A stretch of 64,000 nucleotides of DNA from NCBI RefSeq assembly GCF_009914755.1, contig NC_060925.1, one strand, 5' to 3'. Of this stretch, positions 53,661 through 64,000 are shown one piece after another. The DNA comes from the human T2T-CHM13v2.0 reference genome, Homo sapiens. The position numbers and the translations under genes were made by a program. A model generated the notes under the pieces. That model made no database searches. It was not told the DNA's origin and was given only the letters and a program-made list of their open reading frames with translations. How positions within the stretch are numbered: position 1 is the stretch's first letter; each line of letters opens with the position of its first letter.

Positions 53661-54649
53661 CTTATTTCACACTAAGGTAGACTACCATCCATTGGAGTAA
53701 GACTTCCTGGCCTCTCTTACTACCTCTTTATCTGATTGGTACTTAGGGAAATAAGCTGAGAATGCATGGCTTGACCCTTCTCTTATAGCTTCTTTAGTTT
53801 TTCATTTGCTTGTCTCCAAAGAATACATGCTCCTCTCTGCTGCTGGCCAGAGCAGGTACTGGCCTTAGACATCTCAGTTGCTCTCTCCTTTCTTTGCCCT
53901 TGGAAGCCGCCTGCCTGCTGTGAGCAGGCTTTCTGTTCTTCTCATTCCTGCTGTGAGTTTTATACTGGTAATCTCTTCCCCTGGGGAGAGAAGGCTGCTC
54001 TCTTCCAGTGCTGCCCAGGACTGGGTGTTTATATTTGCCTAATAATGGGGTACAGTTTTAAAAATCTCACTGTTACCCCAAACAACATTCTTAAGAGCTA
54101 ATTAAGTCATTAATTAAACTGACTTTTTGTCTCCATCTGATTACTACTTTCTTTATTCCCTTTTGATTCGAGGTGGGTTGGAAAGGGATATACTTCATTT
54201 TATCTTCAAACCTCAACGTAAAAGAAATTAAACACCAAATTAGAATAATCCTATAGGACTCTGGATCTGCTCGTGATAAATAATTTATTATGCACTAATT
54301 GATTATGGTCCCAAAGCTACACAAGCCAATGAACGAACTGCTTATAGACATACTCTGACTCTTCTCAACTAGAAATGACTGGTTGGTTGGTTTTTTTCAA
54401 TATCCCACCTAAAAATCAAGTTTCCGGTTTGTGCTTTTTCTTAATATTTTATTCTCTTATCTGTTCTCTGGGTTTTGGACATTTTATTACTAATCCACTT
54501 TTTCCAAAGGTAAACAACAAGCTCAAGAAGAAGGAGAGCTACAAGCAGCCCAATTTATACCTGGTTGGCTGTTCTGCTAAGAGACTTGATTTTAGTAAAA
54601 AGAGAAATACTGGCTTACCAGTGCTGTTGAATTATCCAAGCTATAAAAT

Positions 54650-54900
54650 TAATATAATAATACTACTTGTAATTGGATTCACTGAGGATGTATTATGTGC
54701 CAGTATGTGTGCCTTATAGCAGAAGTCTAAGTGCGGCACATGCATTGTCTAACTTAATTCTTATAACAACTTTTGATGAAAAGAGGTGCAGGGGGCTTAA
54801 AGTATCTTGTGAAATTTCACCCAATTGGCAAGCAATGGAGTTGAGAATTAAACTTGGGCTTTCTCATTCCAAAGTCTGTGTTCATCACAACTTACCACTT
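54650..54900 (-). mobile_element. MIR SINE
   Basis: ATTCACTGAGGATGTATTATGTGCCAG...TTAATTCTTATAACAAC. Confidence 0.6.
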
Positions 54901-55820
54901 GCTCTATGCCAGGAATAAGCATTGAGAGCCACTATAAATTTTTCAATCAGGGGAAGAAATATACCAATTTGGGAAGTCACGGTCAACTGGAGAAGATTGA
55001 CTGCTCAACAAGTGACTTCTTTCGTTTCACATTTTTAAAAAAGGAAGATTTTGAGTCATAATTTATAGATCTTCTCTCATTTTTTCCCTAAAAGTACACC
55101 TACATTTTCCTTCTTTTGTAAAATAGAAGAAAATGGTGATTTAGCCATTACTATAGTTGCTTTAAGCAAATTAGTGGCTCTTGAATCACATTTTATAGTT
55201 CAACAAACCAAAAAGTCGAACTGATTTTGCCAGAAACATAATCTTAAAAGATTTTTAAGTGTTTTAAGATTCCTAAGTAGACTGTCTTAGAAAACAAATG
55301 CTAAAATTAAATTACTTGGCAAAACTAAACTCATATATGAGAGCTAACCTAAAAGTTACCCTGCACAAACAAGTAACAATAGGGGCATTTTATATTAAAC
55401 TTTGTTTACAGAACAAAAATTCCCACTTGGTTCTTCTTTCTTATAAATAAATTTCCCAAGTATTAGCACATTTTCTTAATTGCCATTGGAATCATGCTAT
55501 TCTCTATTAAAATCTAAATCTAGATCATGTGAAAATAACAGTGTAAGTAAAAGTGAGTCTTATTTCATGTGCTAGATGAGCTAAGTATAGTTCTCAAAAT
55601 GCATATTCTCTGATAAGATGGTCACTCACAAAAAAATTTAAAAAAACATCAAATATGATATGAAGACCTCCAAAACCATGTGCAGGGAAATTTAATGAGT
55701 ATTAATGATATTCTAAAAGAGATGCTAGACTTGTTAGTGGTGAGCAAGGATGCTTAGATCATGCTAATGTTAAAACCTAACAGATTTCCTAAATGCCTTT
55801 CATGTTGAGGTGAGATTCCT

Positions 55821-55834
55821 GTTTCCATGGCAAC
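55821..55834. promoter_or_regulatory. RFX X-box motif
   Basis: GTTTCCATGGCAAC matches GTTNCCATGGNAAC; GC box CTCCGCCCCC at 55948-55957; lies in sequence I do not recognise as repeat. Motif match only, function not shown. Confidence 0.5.
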
Positions 55835-56579
55835 CTGCAGTGAGTTAAGAAGGGTACTGTTAAACTGTATGGCAGTTTTGCTTAGTCTCTCTGAAAGAAA
55901 AATATCAGAAGAAACCATTTCTCTACCCATGATTGTAATCAGAGATCCTCCGCCCCCAACCACAAGCTTCTATTGCTGTTCCTGAAGAAGATATTAAGGG
56001 CAGTAAATCAGAAATCTATTTAATGATCTACTATGCTCTGCATGAGCTGCAGACCCTTTGCTGGTCCAAAAATCACATTTGCAGCAAATTAACATTGGCA
56101 AGTCTGTAGGAAGGGATCAAAACAAATAAAGATGCCAAATAATGAGCAGGAGAAATAATAGGAAAATATCTGTGATGCCTTGATTCCTAGAGACTGCTTT
56201 AAATGTGTTAAAACAACTTCCTTTAGGGTAGTGCCTCACTCTCCTGTTTTTGAAACTCTGCTATTCTTTGCATTTGAGAAATGAAAATATAATGAATATT
56301 TCTGTTGTTCTGCAAGGAATCCAAATCAAAGCTCTGACAAGAAATATCCACCCACATGTTTGCTTCAGTTTTTCCTAATACACTCATTACCCTGCGCGAA
56401 GCTCAAGACCAAGTGATCTCACCCAGACTGACAGAGGCAGCATGTCTACTGGCAATTATCCCAGTGTATTCAATGGGAACAGTGCAACTGAAAATCAAAG
56501 ATCCTGAAACAGGGCATCTGCTACTCAGAGAAACTCAAAGTCAATTTTTAAAACTACATCTATTTTGCTGTCATAAAAC

Positions 56580-56740
56580 ACTTATAGCTAACATTTATTG
56601 CACACCTATGAGTACCAGTCATTATGCTAAATATTTTATATGCAGCATCTTAGTGATTGTCATAAAACCACAAAAGATAGGAATTACAAATATTATATCT
56701 GGTTTTACAAATGAGAAAATTGCCTAAGATCACACCTATT
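56580..56740 (-). mobile_element. MIR SINE
   Basis: ATAGCTAACATTTATTGCACACCT...TTTTACAAATGAGAAAATTGCCTAAGATCACAC. Confidence 0.7.
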
Positions 56741-56984
56741 CTAGGAACATTTTTAAAGTAATCAGAGGTAGACTTGGAGGCTGCCTCTCCCTCCCTTTTA
56801 AGCATTCTTCTGCTGTTTAAAAATTAATAAATTTTTTAATTTACAAATGTATACATACATGCCTTTAGGAGTCATTCCAGCATCTTAACTGAGTCAAGCA
56901 GTCTGGCAGGCATGGAAAGACAATAGAGCCTGGTGGGGACTTAGGCAGTTGGAGTTCACATGTCCCAGCTTCTGCTGAGGTTGA

Positions 56985-57140
56985 TCATGCAGAAATGTGG
57001 GTTCAGTGTGACCAGATTTTATTTCTTTTCAAGACAACCCACTCATCCCAATTTTCAAGTGAAATTTACACATTTAAAAAATTGGTACCATGAAAAAAGT
57101 GTGAGAACCAAGAGGAAGATCTGCCCCAGGCTGCCTGATT
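56985..57140. mobile_element. MER102-like hAT-Charlie fragment
   Basis: GAAATGTGGGTTCAGTGTGACCAGATTT...TTTTCAAGA...GTGAAAT. Confidence 0.5.
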
Positions 57141-59097
57141 GTTTTCTCTGTGTTAGAAATTATTCATCCTTCTCTCCAAAAACAAAAGTATTTCAAAAGA
57201 AGATTCCCCCACCACCATGAAAACATAACACAAGGCCAAAATTTAGCAAGGCAGTAGGAGTGGGAAAATTCTAGGTTTTGGTGAGCCTTTTTGGTAAGTA
57301 AAATGAAAAGAATAGTTGCATAAATAGAATCTAAGGGTAGTGCCTCTTTCCAATTTTAATTTTATTTACTGAATTTCTCGCAGAAACTTAATGCTTTCCC
57401 TTTTATTCAATGTTGTATATTTTATATCAAATAATTGAAGCAAAGCAGAATTCCATTTACTCTTTAATTAAATGAAATAACATTATTAAAAAACATGTTC
57501 TATAATTTGGTTCTGTGTGATGATGCAAGTGGCAAGTTTAATTTCATTCAACTGAATGACAGCAATAATCATACAGAATAGAGATGAGTAATTTAGATTT
57601 TCCAAGCTCCTGTTCTTGAAGTTACCCTAAGTGTCAAAAGTAGGAACATTCTTGAAGGTATACTATACACCTCCCCCAGCAACAGCTCCTTTCAGACAGC
57701 AAGCAAGAACGAAGCTGAAGATAACACTGGAAAATGTTTACCATTGATTCCCTTAATACATTTACTTTTGATGACAGAGGGGCAAATTACATGACTATTT
57801 TTATATATAGGAAAGAAAAACTAAATCTGACCCCCTGTTTTAACTTAACTGTTTCATTAACACGATAATGAACAACAAAATCCCTTCTTGGGAAGAAGGT
57901 GTGGATATGTATGTTCAATACATTTGCTAGATATTTTCTAAAGCAATGTTACTGTTACATTAAACATTAACAAATTATTTTATTGGAATATTGGTGTTAT
58001 GTGATTTTCCACATTATTTTACTACAGTCATTAATTGACGAAATGAAAGACCCAAAGTTACATGAAAGTGAGCATGACTGTAAAAATAAATTTGAGTGCT
58101 CACAGTGGTCCAGCAACACCTGTGACAATTTATAAATATGGCCCCACAATGATATTTCAGGGATTTTTTTCCTAACCTTACAAAGCTATAAAGAGAGACT
58201 GTAAAGCAACCAAGCTCAAGCAGCTTTTTGGCATTAATAGCAGATGATCAGACCTAATGAATCCTTGAAATGCAAGCACATATGGGTGTAGGTAAAAATT
58301 TGTTTCTAGGAATCTGAATTTGAGGGCCATGGCAAGGCATCGGAATAAATATCTGAATCTCCATTTCCCTTCATTTGCACACTGTACTTCCCATTGACCT
58401 TTGTTACTAAACAATAATGATGTTAGAGGGGTACTGCTGTTTATATGTTTTCTTATTTAATCTACACAACTCTCAGAGATAGTGATTGTTATCTCGATGT
58501 TACAGAGTAGGAGACTTGTGCCCAAAGAGCTGAAGTAATTGACCTAAGAATCTAATGAGGAAGGGCCAGAGCAAAGACATAAAGCCACCCTTTTCCATGC
58601 CAATGCCCCTGTAATTCCAATATTAGAATCCTACTACTGTATTATTATTGTGACACTGTGAATCCAGGACTTCACCGAGTTCCGGAGAGCTAAATAGGCT
58701 GAGAGAGCTACTCCATCATTTGAGAAACAATCTTACCTGTAAAATGTCAATAATGCCTTTTACTTGCCAATTCCATGGGATTATCGTGAAGATCAAAGGA
58801 GTAAATGTGTATGTTAATGAGATTTCAGCAGTAGAGATCACCAACAAACAAACTGTTAAATGACATCATTGGTTCATCCCGTCAGTTAAATAGAGGAGTA
58901 TTTACTTTGCAAGAGGCAATAAATGATATTCCTTTTCTCTTAGGATTTGAAACAATCCAGAGACAGACATGAGAGCTAGGCAGAAAGAGATCAAACTATG
59001 AGTATGAGAAGGTAACAGCATGGAGAACATGGCTTAGATGTGTGGTAACAGTGGAATTCCTCATTGTTCCTGCACTCTAGTTTAGATCCCTGAATAA

Positions 59098-59405
<308 letters not shown>

Positions 59406-61469
59406 AGAACTCCCTTGCTCTTTATCAGCAACATACTGGCCTGAGGAAAAGAGGGCAGAAAGAAAGGGAATCCCTCACATTTAGGACTATTGGACTAGGT
59501 GAGCTCCACTTGAAACAAAATCACGGACTGAAGGCTCTACTTGCTTTTCCTACTAACCTGCTGGGAAAAATGAGGGATGGGGCTAAAAGTATGGAGGGTT
59601 TAGGAATAAGCTCTCCTAATGTAACTCAGATTAGTGGATGACAAAAATCTCCCAAATAGTAATCTCAGTCTCAACTGTGTACTTGTTGTGGGATCATAGG
59701 CCACTATTTCAGTCTAAATAAAAACAAGTAATGAACACCGAAACTTGACTAAGGCAAGTGATAAGATCATCATGTTTAAAACTATGAAAAGACTCTGCTT
59801 AAGACAAAACTTCCCAGACTGTATTGCATTATTCAGTTTGCCCTTCTAGTTCCTGATCAATTAAATATGTTGGCATTTATTGTGCATCTGCAGTGTACAT
59901 TCCTTTTAATCGTTCTTCTCCTCTTCCCTAAACAGAATTAAAGAGTGTGTTAGGAATAAGGATAGATGGAAATTTAGCTTTACTGAGAGCCAGTTGGAAA
60001 AATTTTAACTGAAAATATCTCAGAATAGTTGTCACTCTGAATTTGGTCTCATTCTTTTCCTCTACTCTCACTTTCCCAAGCTGCCTCCCACATACACACA
60101 TTGTCACACAACTTGTGCCCCAAGCATATTATGCTTCCCACAATCACCCAAGAACTCCAAGCTCCTTCATACATGCAACATTTTGCATTTCTCATTCCCT
60201 TTGTCCAACATGCCATAATGTCTCTTTGTTGAACAATGAACTCTTGCTAATTTTTGAAGATTGAGCCTATGAGTTACTACCTCAAGAAAGCTTTCTATGA
60301 CTCCCAGAGCTCAACCACTGTTCATTTCTCCGTTATAGCACTTACCATGTTCTATGTGTAGCAGGATGTTGTACCTAAGTCAGATTCCGTGCGTTATTAA
60401 TGGGTTGATGGACACAATTTGCATATTTTGGATGAGACTTTTAGTTTTTTGGCTAAAGGAGAAGGAAATGTTGTGTTTTTGTTTCACTGGTTGTTTCAAG
60501 CTCTTGAGAGATAAACAGAAATGGAAAATAATGGAGCATATTTCCCTGCCTAATTCCTTGAATAGGTTGTTGACTTTTTAGAGGGAAGAGTGACAGTCAT
60601 GGCTGGAGACTGTTTTTCTGAAAGTCTGTGAGACCGTGGGCATTGATGGCTCTGTTTCAGACACCATATTGATTAAACTCAACTAAGACCAAAGCAGGGG
60701 CAATTTTCCTACCACACTCTGGCACAGAAAAGCAGAGTGGCTTAGGAACAACATCAACAGTAACCACAGTGAAGTTCCCACCAGCAATTTTATAAGAACA
60801 GGAGAATGTTATTCCTCTCCTCCTGTGGCTTGCTTTATCAATGTGTCTACGATAAAGTCCCTGCAGCTGATAGATCAGTGTATGTACTAGAAGAACCACG
60901 CACTGGCTATTTCTAGGAATCTTTGGAGATGTTTCAAAGGAGGCAGAACAGTTGAGTGGCCAGGTGGGTGAAAGAGCAGGGCTGGAAATTCGACGGACAC
61001 GGAGTTACATATTCTATGGAGCATTAAAGGTTAGCACACAGCTGGGTAGCTTTCATTGCCTATGTGATTACTATCACAATTGGTTTCTTGCATATCTATA
61101 TATTCTTATATGTTGTGCACTTCTTCTGTTCAGAAACAATGTCTTGATAACCAAAGTTGTGCACTTTATCCAGTAGGCACTCCATGCATGAGTGTTCAAT
61201 GAAAAAAATGAATGGAAATAAACTAAATCAAAGCACAGAGGTGATCGTTGCTTTGAGCAAGTATTGTTTACAATCACACATACTATTCTTTATGTAGCAT
61301 GAATCCTTGTAAAGTTACCTAGAATCATGAAACAGCAACATGAAACTGAGAAAGCTGCTAGACTTGAACATCTTACCAAAGCAAAGCAACCCACACTATT
61401 CTACATTCATATTTTGTAAGCCACATAATTTTCTCCACTATTAAATGGCGTTTCACCCCCAGAATAAGA

Positions 61470-61700
61470 GTAGTATAATAGTTAAAAGTGCAGTTTAGAG
61501 TAAAATTGCCTGGGTTGAATATTCAGTCTGCTACTCTCAAGCCATGTGACAATGGCTCTCTATAATTCAATTATCTCATTTGTAAAACAGTAAGAATAAT
61601 AGTACCTACCTTATAGGACTACTATGCGTATTAAATAGTTATAATTAAAGTGTTGATAACAGTTTTGGCACATGGTAAGCATTCATCAGACATTAGCCAG
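61470..61700 (+). mobile_element. MIR SINE
   Basis: TGCCTGGGTTGAATATTCAG...AATAATAGTACCTACCTTATAGG...GGCACATGGTAAGC. Confidence 0.75.
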
Positions 61701-62952
61701 AGTAGATATTGGTTTACTGAATGCTATTTCACTTAGTAAGGTCTTGCCTTGGCCCAAAAGGTAGTGATTTTAGCCACTTACTCAGGTCAGATTTTCTATA
61801 CATCAGTTTCATTTTTGTAATATTGAGGCTAGGACTGAATGGACAGATTGAACATTGGCAATAGCACATGTTAAAAATTTGAGGTAGAAAGGTGTTTTAA
61901 AATACCTATTTGCACTGGAGCCACATTTCCTGTTCTGTGGAGGGAAAATAAAAGCCAAATGCTTTTTCAAACTTTATCCTTGGCCTTTTCTCTTTTATTT
62001 TAACATTGCCCCAACCACTCATGATTATTGAACTCCTGTGGAGAGCCTGGTTTCCTAGTGATACGTGTACTCACAGAGTTGCAAGCCCATAAATTGACCT
62101 ATCAGTAGGTGAGAACAACTCATTCCAATTTGACCATTACTGAGTCCTAGAGAGTTGCAATTAGAACTCTAACAATTGCTATATGAGAGAACTCCCAGGG
62201 AAAAGTTTACAGCAAAGGAGCACAGAGATATTTAGGAAACATGTGGAGTCATAATGAAAAATAAGAATTTGTGTTGAGAAAATGCATATTAAATAAGGAG
62301 AACAGTTTCTGCTCGCTGGAGATGTGCCCATTTCTTTTGCGGGTAGCATGGGATGCTGTTTTGCCCTTGATGGATCATGTTTTAGTAATTGCAGTGTCAG
62401 TCCACTTGAAACACCTTGCCGTGAGTCAGAGATGACTATGAACTCGGCAGAAGTCATGGTGTTCTGAAAAGTCAGGCATGATAAACACAGGTTTTGTAGA
62501 AGACTGGGGAGGTGTGGAAGTTAGATTTCAAAGGAGGCCAAATAAGTGTGCTCAGGTTTGCAAGTGAAATTGTTGTCAGTCACTTTTGTGCATTGCCTTT
62601 TTCTCTGCAGAACATGAATGCCAAGAGAGATAATCCAAATTCCTATTTTTTGTTATACGTCAGCCTTGTTTGCCGTATTATTGAGACTGCAATTTATCTT
62701 CATCAGGCTGTATTTACAGTAGTACCATGTGTTGCAAAATATAGCAGGTTTTTATTATTATTGGTTTTATGATGAGACCATATTGAAAAGGGGCCCTTAA
62801 GAAACTTGAACACTTGGAAAGAGATATTTGCCGTTTGCTGCATGACTAGTTTTCTTTCTCTCTAATTTCTCATCACATTACTTCAACATTTTCAAGCCTT
62901 CAGTGTTTTGCCATTTCCCTTAGGAAATGTTGTGAAGATAAAATACAGGAAA

Positions 62953-63150
62953 AGTTGCAAGATAAAATACAGGGCACCCAGTTAAATTTGAATTTCAAAT
63001 AAACAATGAATACTTTTTCAGTATAAGTATGCCCCATATATTGCAAGTGTTATATGACACATACTTGTACTAAAAAAATTTTTGTTTTTTATCTCAAATT
63101 CAAATTAAACTGGTAATCTTATATTTTTATTTGCTTAATCTGGCAAACCT
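62953..63150. mobile_element. MER53 palindromic hAT MITE
   Basis: GTTGCAAGATAAAATACAGGGCACCCAGTTAAATTTGAATTTCA...AATTCAAATTAAACTGG...ATCTGGCAAACCT. Confidence 0.8.
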
Positions 63151-63287
63151 GCCTTTGGACAAAAGTCTTAAATCCATAGCTACATAGAATACAGTGTTTC
63201 TCCTGTATACAGTTCCAATTTCATTAAAAGCCACTCACACTCCACCTTTTGTGTTCCAACCATATTCAGCTTAGTTCATTAAATATA

Positions 63288-64000
63288 CAGTCACTTGGCT
63301 CACAATGATGTTTCAATCAATGGAAGACCCTATATATGATGGTGGTGCCGTAAGATTAAAATGGAGCTGAAAAATTCCTATCACATAATGGCACCATAGC
63401 CATCCTAATGTTATAGAGCCATGCATTACTCATGTGTTTGTGGTGATGCTAGTGTAAATGAACTTACTGCACTGCCAATCATATAAAAGTATAGCACATG
63501 GCACATACAATTATCTTCAGTATATAATACTGGGTAATGATAATAAATGACTATGTTACTTGTTTATGTATTTACTGTACTATACTCTTTATCATTATTT
63601 TACTATGATCCTTCTACTTATTAAAAAAAAGTTAACTGCAAAACAGCCTCAGGCAGGTCCTTCAGGAGGTATTCCAGAAGAAAGTATTATTATCATAGGA
63701 GATGACAGCTCCATGTGTGTTATTGTTCCTGATGACCTTCCAGTGGGATAAGATATGGAGGTGGAAGGCAGTGATATTGATGATCCTGACATGGTATAGG
63801 CCTAGACAAATGTGTGTGTTTGTGCCTTAGTTTTTTTTAAGTTTAAAAAATAAATAAAAAATTTTTAAAATAGGAAAAAGCTTATAGAGTAAGAATATAA
63901 AGAAAAATTTTTTGTACAGCCATACAATATTTGTGTTTTAAGCTTAGTGTTATACAAAAGAGTTAAGAAGTTTAAAAAATTAAAAAGTTTATAAAAGTGA
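63288..64000 (+). mobile_element. Tigger3 (3b-like) DNA transposon, runs off the window
   Basis: TA followed by CAGTCA..., GATGGTGGTGCCGTAAGATTA, AATGGAGCTGAAAAATTCCTATC, CAGCCTCAGGCAGGTCCTTCAGGAGG. Confidence 0.88.

Overview
AT-rich, CpG-poor primate genomic DNA, almost certainly human because it carries an AluYa5 with all five diagnostic bases. It reads as intronic or intergenic sequence. I can support no protein-coding gene, RNA gene, CpG island or CRISPR array. The ORF track is explained by Alu, L1, Tigger, low-complexity sequence or chance. The window is a mosaic of 14 Alus, L1 3' fragments (two with twin-priming inversions), L2 and MIR relics, MaLR/ERV LTRs and DNA transposons (near full-length Tigger1, Tigger2a, Tigger3, Charlie1, MER53). 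What stands out is a set of unusual integration and repair scars. (1) An AluS carries a 134-bp copy of unique DNA from 1.9 kb upstream, inserted almost precisely into its body. (2) A tail-less AluY has target-site duplications that overlap internal Alu sequence, consistent with internal priming. (3) An Alu and an L1 fragment lack both tail and TSD. (4) A 36-bp nested perfect palindrome is present in only one copy of a tandem duplication. (5) There is a second compound palindrome/duplication scar and a ~50-bp dispersed local copy. There is also a consensus RFX X-box with a nearby GC box. I do not find evidence for a new multi-gene biological system. Repeat family names were assigned from memory of consensus sequences, and boundaries of old repeats are approximate.
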